A DNA stretch of 64,000 nt from Candidatus Poribacteria bacterium (lineage in GTDB: Bacteria > Poribacteria > WGA-4E > UBA9662). How positions within the stretch are numbered: position 1 is the stretch's first letter; the number at the start of each line of letters is the position of its first letter. Positions 19,215 to 30,741 of the stretch are shown piece by piece. Location of the stretch: assembly GCA_046582655.1 (NCBI GenBank), contig JAYGDX010000027.1:32001-96000 (forward strand), read 5' to 3'. The position numbers and the translations under genes were made by a program. The notes under the pieces were generated by a model. The model was not told the origin of the DNA. It made no database searches and was given only the letters and a program-made list of their open reading frames with translations.

Positions 19215-21899
19215 CTACTTCATTAAATTTCGAATTACATAATCCAAAATACCGCCATGGCGATAATATTCTACCTCGATTGGTGTATCGATTCGGACGG
19301 TGGCTTGAATCTGACGACTTGAACCGGATTCGTCAGTGATCTGAATGGTAACTTCCTGTTGCGGTACTAAGTCGTCGGAGATACCGAGTATACTGATTAC
19401 CTCTGCCCCTGTGAGTCCAAGTGATTTAATGCTGTTTTCGCCTTGAAACTGTATAGGTAAAATCCCCATGCCGATCAAGTTGCTCCGGTGGATCCGTTCA
19501 TAGCTTTCCGCTACTACAGCCACAACACCAAGCAATTTCGGCCCTTTAGCTGCCCAGTCACGAGAACTTCCGCATCCATACTCTTTACCAGCAAGAACGA
19601 CCATTGGCGTCTGGGTTTCAATATAGTTTCTGGATGCTTCGTAAATTGTGGCTTGTCCACCGTTTGGAAAGACCTTGGTGTAACCACCTTCAACATCGGT
19701 TAGCATCAGGTTCTTAATCCGGTTATTGGCGAAGGTTCCGCGTGTCATCACCTGGTCATTACCACGTCTTGATCCATAGGAATTAAAATCACGTTGTTCA
19801 ATCCCTTTGTCAATCAAGTGTTTACCCGCAGGGCTTTGCGCAGCAATCATTCCAGCAGGAGAAATATGGTCCGTTGTTATGGAATCACCAAGAAGTGCTA
19901 AGATACGTGCATTTGTAATCTCCATAATGGGGGCTATCTGGAGGCTGAAATCCTCAAAGAACGGTGGTTTTTGAATATAAGTACTTTTACTATCCCAGGC
20001 ATAGATTTCTCCAGTCGGCACCTCAAGATTAGCCCATTCTGGAGCCTGACTGTCAATTCCAGAGTAAAGTCGGCTGAAGATCTCAGAATTAACGGCCGAG
20101 GAAATAAGATCTGTTATCTCGCGTTGAGTCGGCCAGATGTCGGATAGATATACGGCGGTTCCATTGTCATCAGTACCAAGTGGCTCTGTAGTTAGGTCAA
20201 TATCAACCTGACCAGCGATTGCATAGGCAACCACTAAGGGTGGAGACATGAGGAAACTTGCCTTTACGTCCTGATGGACGCGCGCCTCGAAGTTTCTGTT
20301 TCCAGACAGGACGCTAGCCGTGACCAAACCCGATTGCTGAATAGCCTGCTGGATTTCCTCCTCCAATGGACCGCTATTGCCAATGCAGGTTGTACATCCG
20401 TATCCAACCACATTAAATCCTAGCTTTTCAAGATAAGGCAGCAACCCGGTAGCCTTCAGGTATTCTGTAACAACGCGAGAACCGGGAGCAAGGCTAGTCT
20501 TGACATAATCTGGCACACGCAATCCGATTTCAACAGCTTTCTTGGCTAAAAGTCCGGAGGCAATCATTACAGATGGATTACTTGTATTTGTACAACTCGT
20601 AATTGCTGAGATGACAACGGAACCATGCGTAATCCCGTTTTTTCGATCTGGTATTTGGTTGACTGCTTCGTCAGCCAAGCCGAAGCCTCCATCCGAAACA
20701 GGTTGGCTTAGCAGTTTACTAAATGTGTTTTTGACTTGTGAAAGTATAATTCGGTCTTGAGGTCGTTTGGGGCCAGCAACCGATGGATCAATACTATCTA
20801 GATCAATCTCAAGTTTTTGGCTATAATCAATTTCACCATCTTTGGGAATACCAAACAGTCCCTGATGCTTGAGATAATCTTCAATCAGTCGGATTTGCGT
20901 GTCTTTGCGATTCGTCAATTCAAGATATCGGATTGACTCACTATCTGCCGGGAAAAAACCGATGGTCGCGCCATATTCAGGGCACATATTTGATATCGTG
21001 GCACGGTCAGGAAGCGAAAGAGTTTCGACTCCTTCACCAAAGAATTCAACAAACTTCCCAACAACTTGAGTCTCTCGCAGTTTCTGGGTGACAGTTAATA
21101 CTAAATCTGTTGCTGTGATACCTTCTTTGAGTGATCCTGTCAGGTTAACACCCACTACTTCGGGAGTGAGAATGTAAACTGGTTGTCCCAGTATCGCCGC
21201 TTCGGCTTCAATACCACCAACACCCCATCCAACAATACCTAAACCGTTAATCATTGTAGTATGAGAATCAGTTCCAACAAGGGTATCAGGGTAAGCAATC
21301 GAGCCGCCACTGCTTTCGTCAGTTACCACAACTTCGGCAAGGTACTCCAGGTTTATTTGATGAATAATTCCAGTTGATGGTGGGATAACTGTAAATTTCT
21401 CAAATGCTCGTTGCCCCCACTTCAGAAATTCGTATCGTTCCTTGTTTCGCTCAAATTCGATTCGCGTATTAATGTCTAATGCGTCATTTGATCCATAAGC
21501 GTCAACCTGAATTGAATGATCAATAACAAGGTTAACTGGAATAAGGGGTTCAATGATCTTGGGATCGCCACCAAGTTTCTTAACAGTTGACCGCATCGCT
21601 GCTAGGTCGACTAACAATGGCACACCCGTAAAATCTTGGGCAACCACTCTTGCAGGTTTAAATGGAATTTCCGTTGCTTTTGGTTTGGTAGCATCCCAAA
21701 CTGCGATATCTATAATATCCTGTTCAACAATAACTTCGTTATCGTAATTTCGCAGTAGTGCTTCAAGTAAAATTCGAATACTAATTGGTAATCTCGAAAT
21801 CTTACCAATTCCCCGATTTTCAAGTTCTGGCAATGAATAGTATTGAATTTGCTTATCATCGCTCTCAAATGATTGAAGCGTGTTGAACAAATTATGCAT
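19215..21899 (-). CDS. acnA: Aconitate hydratase A
   Basis: [64 protein letters not shown]. Confidence 0.97.
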   Translation of the reverse strand: MHNLFNTLQSFESDDKQIQYYSLPELENRGIGKISRLPISIRILLEALLRNYDNEVIVEQDIIDIAVWDATKPKATEIPFKPARVVAQDFTGVPLLVDLAAMRSTVKKLGGDPKIIEPLIPVNLVIDHSIQVDAYGSNDALDINTRIEFERNKERYEFLKWGQRAFEKFTVIPPSTGIIHQINLEYLAEVVVTDESSGGSIAYPDTLVGTDSHTTMINGLGIVGWGVGGIEAEAAILGQPVYILTPEVVGVNLTGSLKEGITATDLVLTVTQKLRETQVVGKFVEFFGEGVETLSLPDRATISNMCPEYGATIGFFPADSESIRYLELTNRKDTQIRLIEDYLKHQGLFGIPKDGEIDYSQKLEIDLDSIDPSVAGPKRPQDRIILSQVKNTFSKLLSQPVSDGGFGLADEAVNQIPDRKNGITHGSVVISAITSCTNTSNPSVMIASGLLAKKAVEIGLRVPDYVKTSLAPGSRVVTEYLKATGLLPYLEKLGFNVVGYGCTTCIGNSGPLEEEIQQAIQQSGLVTASVLSGNRNFEARVHQDVKASFLMSPPLVVAYAIAGQVDIDLTTEPLGTDDNGTAVYLSDIWPTQREITDLISSAVNSEIFSRLYSGIDSQAPEWANLEVPTGEIYAWDSKSTYIQKPPFFEDFSLQIAPIMEITNARILALLGDSITTDHISPAGMIAAQSPAGKHLIDKGIEQRDFNSYGSRRGNDQVMTRGTFANNRIKNLMLTDVEGGYTKVFPNGGQATIYEASRNYIETQTPMVVLAGKEYGCGSSRDWAAKGPKLLGVVAVVAESYERIHRSNLIGMGILPIQFQGENSIKSLGLTGAEVISILGISDDLVPQQEVTIQITDESGSSRQIQATVRIDTPIEVEYYRHGGILDYVIRNLMK

Positions 21900-21985
21900 T
21901 GTTTGACTCCGAACACTTTGTATGTTTCATCAAAAGCACTAATAATAGCATAAGCATACTGGAATCTCAATGGATTCCAGTATGC

Positions 21986-22678
21986 TTACACAGCGGTTAA
22001 ATCAATAAATAGACTTTCCAAATTATCCGGTATGCTACCCAAAAACGCGAATTTTGATTGGTTAAGAATAGCTACAGATTCACAGTTTTTTTCCACCTCT
22101 GTTATGTGATTTGTTGCCATCACAATGACCTTACCCATTAGACTCAGTTCAGTAATCAAATTGGTAAACTCAATCTGGCCACATGGATCTAGTACTGAAA
22201 TTGGATTATCAAGCAACCAAATATCTGGATTGTACAGAAAAGTCTTTGCCAATAGCAATCGATGCTTCTGTCCTAATGAAAGCCCAGCTATTTTTTTCTG
22301 ATCAAACTCAGATAGATCCATTAAATCCAGCACATCCTTAATGGTTGAAGATATTTGTCTCTTCTCAAATTTATATGCGGAAGCGAAAAAATCGAGGTAC
22401 TGTCGTACTGTAAGGTAGGGATATCCTTCAAAAATGTTAGGAACGTAACCGATTAACGGCCGAATTTGATCGAGGTTAGAGTACACATCGACACCGTTAA
22501 TTTCAACTTTTCCTGATGTTGGGCGCACTAGTGTTGCGAGTATCTCAATTAGAAGGGTTTTTCCCGATCCGTTTCTGCCCAGTATGCCGAGCCGATTACC
22601 CGCATCTAAACGGAAGGTTAGATCCGTCAGCAACGATTTCTTTCCGCCGACTTTGGAAAGATTTTGAACGTCAAGCAT
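21986..22678 (-). CDS. ABC transporter ATP-binding protein (degenerate motifs)
   Basis: Walker A GRNGSGKT; signature LSLGQ; Walker B LLDNP. Confidence 0.85.
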   Translation of the reverse strand: MLDVQNLSKVGGKKSLLTDLTFRLDAGNRLGILGRNGSGKTLLIEILATLVRPTSGKVEINGVDVYSNLDQIRPLIGYVPNIFEGYPYLTVRQYLDFFASAYKFEKRQISSTIKDVLDLMDLSEFDQKKIAGLSLGQKHRLLLAKTFLYNPDIWLLDNPISVLDPCGQIEFTNLITELSLMGKVIVMATNHITEVEKNCESVAILNQSKFAFLGSIPDNLESLFIDLTAV

Positions 22679-22749
22679 TTAAGATCCGAAGAAGAATAAT
22701 TCGTTCATTGTTTATTTGTTGGTTAAATGATATCATGCTAGATGATGAT

Positions 22750-23748
22750 TTAGCTCAAATCAACTTTCACGGGCTGGTTTTTTTTCGCTGACTCCCACGC
22801 AGCCTCAGTCAGCTGAATAACCCGAAGTCCATTTTTGGCGTCAATCGGATTTTCGGTACGTTGCCCACGAATTAGTTTGATGAAAGCTTGGTCTTTATTC
22901 TCTGACTGCGGTAGATCCTCTCGGTTGACTTCTACTCGACCTATCTCCTGTTCTTCACGGTAGACCTTACCCTCTCGAACGAAAAGTGTGCCGTTTTCAA
23001 GCCAAATGGTAAAATCCTCGTGCATGCCACCGACGGCATGCCCAATCACACTAATGTTGCACAACGCTCCGGTATCAAACTTGATAGACATAGCTGTCAG
23101 AATATCAACCTCACAATTCTTGTAATCCATCATTGCATATACTTCACTCGGACTGGCTTCCAGAATCCATAATAGAATATCTATGAGATGGCTTCCGGAA
23201 TCATTCAGTTGTCCTCCACCACTCAGCGATAATGTCTGACGCCATTTTCCTTGCTGGTTACGGTACCAATTTTGACATTGGTGCGCAGTGACAAAATTTG
23301 CTTTCCCCAGTTCTCCATTTTGCACAATATCACGGCAATATACATAAGCCGACTGCAAATGGCGTTGATAACCTATCATCAGATGTTTTCCAGTTTCCTC
23401 AATTTTATCAATCACCTGCTTGGCATGGTCAACGGTACATACCATCGGTTTTTCTGTGTGAACATGACAGCTAGCATCAAGCGAATCCATAATCTGTTCA
23501 AAATGTAGTGTATGAGGTGTACTAATGACGACAGCATCAGGCTGAACAGCAGACAACATCTCCTGATGGTCCCCGAACGTTGGCACATCATCTTCAAGTC
23601 CAACACTTTCTTTAAATGCCTTCAAGGCCTCTCGACTCACATCGGTTAGTCCAACAATTTCCGTACCTTCAACACCGGTAATGCTTCGTCCATGTCCACG
23701 TGAATTCCCACCACATCCGATAAAACCGACTCTGACTGTTTTAACCAT
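22750..23748 (-). CDS. Gfo/Idh/MocA family oxidoreductase
   Basis: GFIGCGG, STPHTLH, EKPM, GGGQLNDSGSH. Confidence 0.9.
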   Translation of the reverse strand: MVKTVRVGFIGCGGNSRGHGRSITGVEGTEIVGLTDVSREALKAFKESVGLEDDVPTFGDHQEMLSAVQPDAVVISTPHTLHFEQIMDSLDASCHVHTEKPMVCTVDHAKQVIDKIEETGKHLMIGYQRHLQSAYVYCRDIVQNGELGKANFVTAHQCQNWYRNQQGKWRQTLSLSGGGQLNDSGSHLIDILLWILEASPSEVYAMMDYKNCEVDILTAMSIKFDTGALCNISVIGHAVGGMHEDFTIWLENGTLFVREGKVYREEQEIGRVEVNREDLPQSENKDQAFIKLIRGQRTENPIDAKNGLRVIQLTEAAWESAKKNQPVKVDLS

Positions 23749-23773
23749 AATTGATTTCCTATCTTGATTGTAA

Positions 23774-24598
23774 TTACTCAGTTTGATTACTGTTAAGTGC
23801 CGTCATGTTGCGCAGATTTAACAGAGGTGTCATTACACCACCTGCACACGGAATCGTCACGCCAGTATCGTAAATCTTAATTCCTGCCATTACGGCATTT
23901 GCCACGTCTTCTGGTTCCCCCGGACGAAACATAGTGATATAACCTTTTTCTGAGGCCTCGATGTAATCGGGAATTCTTCCACGAGCAAGATCCGTGTTGG
24001 TTACACCAACTTCAACGCCGTTTACCTTAATACCCTTTTCAACAAGACGGCCGGCATAAACTTTCATTCCCATCTCTAATGCGGCCTTTGACATGCAATA
24101 AGCAGCCCGATTATCAGAAGCTAACGTGTCAGATATCGAAAGCGTATAGATGATACAGCCTTTAATTTTCTTCTCGATCATGTAGTTTGCAACACGCTGT
24201 GTTAAAAAATGGGGGCCTTTGAGGTTAACGTTCATTACGGCATCATAATCTTGTTCTGATTCTGCTAGGACATCAGAAATGATTGTAATACCCGCGTTAT
24301 TGACAAGCAGATCAATTTTTCCGAACGCATCAATTGCTGCTTCAACCAGAGGTTGATGATGGCTTAAGTTACCGACATCCGCTTGCACGATTATAGATTT
24401 TCTTCCCAGTTGAATGATTTCCTCTTGTACCTCAGTTGCGGCTGATTGGTTTCTACTATAGTTAACCAGTACATTACAACCTTGGCGTGCCAACTCGATT
24501 GCAATTGCACGACCGATACCACGACTAGATCCGGTAACAATTGCGCTTTTACCTTCAAGCAATATGTTTTTGGCAAAAAAACCCTGATCTTGTACCAT
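23774..24598 (-). CDS. SDR family NAD(P)-dependent oxidoreductase
   Basis: TGSSRGIG, NNAG, YCMSK. Confidence 0.9.
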   Translation of the reverse strand: MVQDQGFFAKNILLEGKSAIVTGSSRGIGRAIAIELARQGCNVLVNYSRNQSAATEVQEEIIQLGRKSIIVQADVGNLSHHQPLVEAAIDAFGKIDLLVNNAGITIISDVLAESEQDYDAVMNVNLKGPHFLTQRVANYMIEKKIKGCIIYTLSISDTLASDNRAAYCMSKAALEMGMKVYAGRLVEKGIKVNGVEVGVTNTDLARGRIPDYIEASEKGYITMFRPGEPEDVANAVMAGIKIYDTGVTIPCAGGVMTPLLNLRNMTALNSNQTE

Positions 24599-25016
24599 TA
24601 CATCTCCTAATTATTTTATGATTGCTTATGTCACCTTACACTATTTTGGGATTGCTGGAATGGCAGTTAAAAGTAGTAATTCTCTATAATTAAGGCTCAA
24701 GTACAGAAAACCATTTAGAAAAAATTTGCTTTACCCCTTCGATAAATGCCAATCAGATAGAGATTGTAGATAAGTTTAATGATTTTGTCAAATTACCCTT
24801 GTGCCGGCAATCTTTTGGGAGTTTAACCTGCTGTGATAGAGTGTTTCTAGCTGTACCATTTTCATCTTTATTATTTAGCTAAAACGCCTGTAAATCAGAA
24901 TAATGGAGGTGGTTTTATGGAGCAAATAAATCAAGTCTCATGTGTCGGATTTAGTCGACGTGATTTAAGGAAGAATGGGAGTCGATTTTGGTGCTGTGAT
25001 AATTATGGACATGGTT

Positions 25017-26683
25017 TTATCTATTGATTGTCAGCGGCAATTGTAAACTGTATTCCAAAAACTGTAGGTGTTGATCATTATGTGTAATTATATAACGGAT
25101 ATTAAATTTAGCGAGAACCAAAGTTGCCAAAGTTCGGGCTTGCTCTAGGGGGGCAGGTTTTCCGCGCATCAGTGTTGAAACGATCGGCGTTCGGTCTAAG
25201 AAACTAAGTGCTTTCAGAGAAGGCCTGGACACATAATCTCCACCAACGATTTCTGATGTATTGTCGCCATTTAGAGTGTAACCGGCTGTGAGGGAATGTC
25301 AATTACGCCGTAGTTTTTAGGATCTGTTGCCATCTGACGATAAAAACTGGAAACCTCAATTTTGGTGGTAACATATGGTATTGCTGAGTATTCAAAACAG
25401 ATCAGCACAGCTAATATTCCAGTGAACACAATCTTGATTGTTGCGGTCCCCCACCTCACTGTTGTGGTTGATTTAGACCTTATCTTATTCTTAAAAGTAG
25501 ACAGAATTATTTCATTCAGATTTGTGATGCCATAACCTGCCAAGACTGACATACACAGTTTAAGCATAATATCAAATCTTTCAGGGACTCCGGTAAAAGA
25601 GAAAAAAGGTATATATCGGTGAAATAGAAAGTATGGTAAAGGAATAGAGAACTGTTTGCCACCGATGTGCGGGTAAGGTCCAAGAGCCATAACAAAGAAA
25701 ATAAGACCTGCTACAGCCCAAAAATGGCAGCGTCGATCTTTTACGACTGCGTAGATCGACAACATAAAAACGATGTAGCCAAGATAATTTGAGTTCTCCG
25801 CGGTATTACCTGTCCAATCTTTCCAGATTCTACTAAACCATTTTCTCCCCCATGTAGAGATACCACTTGGTATAAAGAAACTCTCTAAATCTGCCGACCA
25901 AATCTCAGGGTTATGCTCGCCGGTAAAATCCTGTGTCACCTTTACATATAGCATTGGTATCAGAATTGGCGACATCACGACATTAAAAATGAAGATAGCC
26001 ATGCTTAATCTTTTGAGAAAACCATTGTCAATGATCTCCTTTTTGTGTTTGACTGCTTGAAAGATTACAAAAATTATGGTCAATACGAAACAATAAATCA
26101 TGTAGTACCATGAGCAGAGACTATTCAAGACCAAAAATAGAGCGGTTAAAACAATATTTCGTTTGCTGTCTTCTTGACGAGTTTTTAGCAGATACAATCC
26201 ATATAATGGGATCCACTCCATGGCAATTAATTGTAAGTGACCAAGCCCATGTGCGAAATGAAATGGGCAAAAGGTGAAAATAATTCCAGCTACAAATGCC
26301 GATGATTTCCGGCCCAACAGATAATCTGCCAAGTAATACATTGATACGCCCGACATCACAAACGAGAATAAAACCACCAGGTTATAGACCACCTCCATTT
26401 TGAAGAAGAATTGGAGGGGGATTGATATCAGTCCGTTAAATGGATTCAAGGTCTGAAACAACAAGGTTATTCCATCCAGATAATGTAGAAAGTTAGTGTA
26501 GTGCGAATGTGTTCCTTTCGTCAGTGATGTCTTCATCCACCACATATTCCAGACGTTTTGAAAACCGTCACCATTGTCATACATGAAATGACTCGATAAA
26601 CGAAAGACAGCCGGATAAGTCATAATTATTGTCAGGATTGCATAACCGAAAAACAGAATTGAGAATAGCTTGAGCTTTTTCAT
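25017..26683 (-). pseudogene. Multi-pass membrane protein (GT-C / YfhO-like glycosyltransferase) with disrupted C-terminus
   Basis: 470-aa hydrophobic ORF (GDGFQNVWNMWW, MALGP, VPERF) ends at TAA 25271-25273. The frame continues as MATIHQKSLV and then shifts into 25017-25232 (VSRPSLKAL...IRYIITH). Confidence 0.6.
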
Positions 26684-26948
26684 GAAGTTGTCATTAAATT
26701 TAGAATGTCTCGTTTTTTATGGTTTTAACTGTTGGTGTAACCATTGCAAATACTTTCATAATTAGTGCTTTGAGAAATGGGAGAATATTCTTAAATTAAG
26801 GATAAGCTTGACTGATATAAAACCAGAATATCGATTTTCGTCCTAGTAACCGAAAACTTACATGAAAAGTGAAACGATACTACTCGCCATGCGTTCCCTT
26901 AGCAATGAACTTTAGTATTTCACACAAAATCGATTAGGAAATGTTGAA

Positions 26949-28046
26949 ATGAATTCAGATGCTGAGTCGCTATCAACAGCCCCCAAACCAGATGATTCTA
27001 TCCACATTGTTCACGAGGCTTTAAAGTACCGAAAAGAAGAGGTTTCACTTCCTTATCTAATGGGAGTTTCAGGTGAAGCTTTTCGCTTTTTTTATAACCG
27101 CCAACAGGTGGAAAAAGGAATACGTACGACTTTTTATAATCCATTGCGTACTGCTTCCAAAGCGCTGGGTTTTGAGCATGAACTTGTATACGATGATACT
27201 TTTCAGGTTGCGTGGGATCGGCTGCAGAAAAATGTTCAACTTGGTAAAATAGCATTAATCCCGCTTTTAGATGGTTGTTCTTTTTTAATTGAAAATGATA
27301 ATCCGAATACCGTCGTTTGCCAAAATGGTCATCGGCATGAGTTCAGTTTTGATCAATTACGGAAAAAGTGGCAAAGGGTCGATGGATTTCTGGAGATGGG
27401 TCTCAACGGATATTATCAATTTATTCTTGGTGCTAGACCGCATTACCCTAAAGAACGCGAAATGGCATTAGGAGCCTTCCGAGGTGCCAGTAAGTTGATG
27501 AGATCCCGCCGAAAAATCAGCGGTTGCACGATGGGGATCTCTGCCTACGAAGAGTTGATCTCACACTTGCAAAGAATCATGGATCAGAAACAGGATACAG
27601 TAAAAAGGTATGAAATTGCCAAATGGAATAAGGAACTGCTTCGACAATGTCTTGAAGGTCGACGAGCTGCAGTTTCGTATCTTGAAATAGTTTGGAAAGA
27701 CTTTGAAGGAGAAGAGCTTAAACACCTGGAAAAGGCTACGGTTGCCTACCGAAACGCCGTTGCACTCTTAGAATCATTGCAGACTACTTTTCCTTCACTG
27801 CAGTTCTTTTCAGAAGAAACTTATTCGAATTCAAAAGGGAATTATTCAGAAGATTCACAGTTGATGCGACAACGATTTGCTCTCAAGATACCTGCTTTTA
27901 GCAAGATCTGGCAAACACAATCAAAGCATTTTAAGTTCAGTTGTCAAGCATCCATTAAACTCCTTAAGAAGCTTGTCAAGTTTGAGACTGATGGAATTAG
28001 TGCACTTGAAGATGTCATCCGAGTTGGCGAAAAATTAAAAATGTGA
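26949..28046 (+). CDS. Hypothetical protein (weak resemblance to BtrH N-terminal-like proteins)
   Basis: 365-aa ORF with RBS; 'YLMGVSGEAFRFFY' and a helical C-terminal half. Confidence 0.65.
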   Translation: MNSDAESLSTAPKPDDSIHIVHEALKYRKEEVSLPYLMGVSGEAFRFFYNRQQVEKGIRTTFYNPLRTASKALGFEHELVYDDTFQVAWDRLQKNVQLGKIALIPLLDGCSFLIENDNPNTVVCQNGHRHEFSFDQLRKKWQRVDGFLEMGLNGYYQFILGARPHYPKEREMALGAFRGASKLMRSRRKISGCTMGISAYEELISHLQRIMDQKQDTVKRYEIAKWNKELLRQCLEGRRAAVSYLEIVWKDFEGEELKHLEKATVAYRNAVALLESLQTTFPSLQFFSEETYSNSKGNYSEDSQLMRQRFALKIPAFSKIWQTQSKHFKFSCQASIKLLKKLVKFETDGISALEDVIRVGEKLKM

Positions 28047-28111
28047 TTTAAATTTTTTGCCTCTTTAATCCGAAATTTAGATTGTCATAGAAAAATTGGA
28101 CGGGTCATCTG

Positions 28112-29914
28112 ATGAAAGAATTTCTAAGAATTCTGAAATATGCACGTCCCTACCTACCCAGATTACTTTTCGGTTTCTTCTTAATCCTCATTATTGCACA
28201 ATCCCAGCTATTCATGCCACTGGTGCAGCGGTTTGTTATCGATGACATTTTATCTGATGTAAAAGCGACAGAACTTACCCATTCTGTATTCGGTTATCAT
28301 CTAACTTATTCACCAACGCATTGGCTGATTGTAATCTTATCTACAATCATTACTTTTTATGCCTTAGTTGGTCTCATCTCTTATGTACGTACTATCGTTA
28401 TGGAGTGGGTTAGTCAACGTATCCTGTTCGACATGCGAAACCAGGTGTTCTCGCATCTGCAAAAACTCTCTATGCGCTTTTACGATGTACAGGGAACAGG
28501 ACAAATTCTCTCGCGAGTGAAAGAGGATGTTAGTTCTTTGCGTTCACTGGTGACTGATACGTCAATTGACATTCTAACTGATATGATGATGTTTGTAACT
28601 GTGGTGTTCATCATGTTCAGATGGAGTTGGAAACTAACTCTTATTTCTTTGCTGATACTGCCGTTGGTTGCCGGCAACTATTTTTTCTTTATTGGCAGAT
28701 TGCGTGTGCTTTGGCGTCATTTGAGGCACCGATGGGCCGACATTTCAACCGAATTGTATGAGTCTGTTGCTGGAGCAAAAGTTGTCAAAGCCTTCCATCG
28801 AGAAAATCATCAAAAACGTCGTGTTTTCCGCGGAATGCGCCAGACCCTGAAATGGCAGATTGCCATTGCCAAGTACCAGGCAGCCATGGGACGTATTTCA
28901 GGTTTTTTTCAGTCGTTTGGTACGGCAATCGTTCTTTGTTACGGTGGATACTTGGTGATTCAAGGTGAATTCACCATTGGCACCTTGGTCGCTTATTATC
29001 AATTTTTAGGTCGTCTATACGGTCCTATGATGAAGTTGATCAACATTAACGCTACTATTCAAGAAGCGATGGTATCGTCTGAGCGAGTCTTTGGATTGCT
29101 CGACTCACAACCAACAGTCGACGAAGTTCCTGATGCTGTTGATCTACCGGAGATTCGCGGACACGTTAAATTTGAAAATGTCACCTTTTATTACGAACCG
29201 GAAAATCCTGTGCTCCACCATATCTCTTTTGATGCCAAACCGGATATGATGGTTGCACTTGTTGGTCCATCAGGTTGCGGAAAAAGTACCATTTCCAACC
29301 TGATTGCCAGATTTTACGATCCAACAGAGGGAACAATTTACATTGATGACCACGACCTTTGCCAAGTAACACTGAAGTCGCTTCGTAACCAGATTGGCAT
29401 TGTTCTACAGGACAATTTCCTGTTTCAAGGTTCGGTCGCAGAGAATATACAGTTTGGTCGGTTGGACGCCACAGAAATTGAAGTAGTAGAAGCCTCTTTA
29501 GCAGCCAACGCCCATCAATTTGTGGTCGAAGAACTTCCAGGTGGATATGAAGCGGAAGTAGGAGAACGCGGCATGCGGCTGTCTGGCGGACAGAAGCAAC
29601 GAATTGCCATTGCCAGGACTATCTTGAGAAATCCACGGATTCTGATTTTGGATGAGGCCACTTCTTCCCTGGATTCCGAATCCGAATCCCTGATTCAAGA
29701 GGCATTAGATACGTTAATGAAGGGGAGAACCACTTTTGTCATTGCCCATCGTCTATCGACAATTTTGAAAGCTGACATGATTTTGGTGATGAAAGACGGC
29801 GGGATTACAGAAAAAGGTACCCATGAGCAGTTATTGGAATTGAATGGGTTATACGCAAATATGTATCAAAAGCAGTTTAAAACTAAACCGCAAAATATAG
29901 ATTGGCTAAACTAA
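28112..29914 (+). CDS. ABC exporter, fused permease/ATPase (MsbA/MdlAB-like)
   Basis: N-terminal TM domain; GPSGCGKS, LSGGQKQR, ILDEATSSLD, IAHRLST. Confidence 0.93.
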   Translation: MKEFLRILKYARPYLPRLLFGFFLILIIAQSQLFMPLVQRFVIDDILSDVKATELTHSVFGYHLTYSPTHWLIVILSTIITFYALVGLISYVRTIVMEWVSQRILFDMRNQVFSHLQKLSMRFYDVQGTGQILSRVKEDVSSLRSLVTDTSIDILTDMMMFVTVVFIMFRWSWKLTLISLLILPLVAGNYFFFIGRLRVLWRHLRHRWADISTELYESVAGAKVVKAFHRENHQKRRVFRGMRQTLKWQIAIAKYQAAMGRISGFFQSFGTAIVLCYGGYLVIQGEFTIGTLVAYYQFLGRLYGPMMKLININATIQEAMVSSERVFGLLDSQPTVDEVPDAVDLPEIRGHVKFENVTFYYEPENPVLHHISFDAKPDMMVALVGPSGCGKSTISNLIARFYDPTEGTIYIDDHDLCQVTLKSLRNQIGIVLQDNFLFQGSVAENIQFGRLDATEIEVVEASLAANAHQFVVEELPGGYEAEVGERGMRLSGGQKQRIAIARTILRNPRILILDEATSSLDSESESLIQEALDTLMKGRTTFVIAHRLSTILKADMILVMKDGGITEKGTHEQLLELNGLYANMYQKQFKTKPQNIDWLN

Positions 29915-30237
29915 GATCGAAATTTCACGGTTTTGCTATTCCATTTTTTTCCTGAAACGCTAGCTGTCGAAGCAGAAAAGCAGCTCATCAAATAAGCTTT
30001 CTGTTGTATTTGCGTTGGCATCCGTCCAATCCTTACTCCAGTGGCTTTTTAGACTTTTCCTAGTCACCCATTCTTCCAGCGCTGTCGCCTCGACTGGCAA
30101 CTTTCTGTCCTCTGCTCTCTCAAATAGGTTCCAAAAGAAATTTTTTGTCTAATTTGGGCAATTAAATTATAATAAAGGCTATCTTAGAAGATGAATACTT
30201 GGATAACCTTGATTTCGAAGATAACGAAGTTGGGCGA

Positions 30238-30741
30238 ATGATTTCAATGATTTGTGCTGTTGCCAATGATGGTGTTATTGGCAATAAGAATCAATTACCT
30301 TGGCCGCATCTGCCTTCGGACATGAAGTGGTTTTCAAAACAGACCAGAGGAAACGTCGTTGTAATGGGCAGAAGGACTTGGCATTCACTCGGTTTGATGA
30401 AGCCGCTACCAAACCGGATAAATATCGTGGTGTCTCGTCAGGCTGAGATAGCAGGTGCAAACACTGTGATCACAGATAATGTGAATCAGCGTGTTATTGA
30501 TTTGCAACAGGAGTATCCTGCTAGAGATGTTTTCATTATTGGCGGAGCGCAACTCTACCGGTCTACCATGCCAATTACCAAGAAATTCTATATCACACGG
30601 ATTTACAGCGATTATCCCGGCGACACCTATCTAGACATTGAGGTTTTGCTGGAAAATACGAAGATATTGCAGGAAAAAGTTATCGATGCCTCAGAGGAAT
30701 ACCCAAAACACGCATTTCAAATTTTTCAGAGAGTCACATGA
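30238..30741 (+). CDS. folA: Dihydrofolate reductase
   Basis: MISMICAV..GVIG..NQLPW, VVMGRRTW, PLPNRINIVVS, IIGGAQLY. ATG at 30238 preferred over TTG at 30199. Confidence 0.93.
   Translation: MISMICAVANDGVIGNKNQLPWPHLPSDMKWFSKQTRGNVVVMGRRTWHSLGLMKPLPNRINIVVSRQAEIAGANTVITDNVNQRVIDLQQEYPARDVFIIGGAQLYRSTMPITKKFYITRIYSDYPGDTYLDIEVLLENTKILQEKVIDASEEYPKHAFQIFQRVT

Noticed and set aside
29930..30135. Possible IS5 left-end remnant (CTCAAATAGGTTCCA resembles the end at 48951-48966)
   Set aside because: Only a short partial match and no convincing transposase translation.
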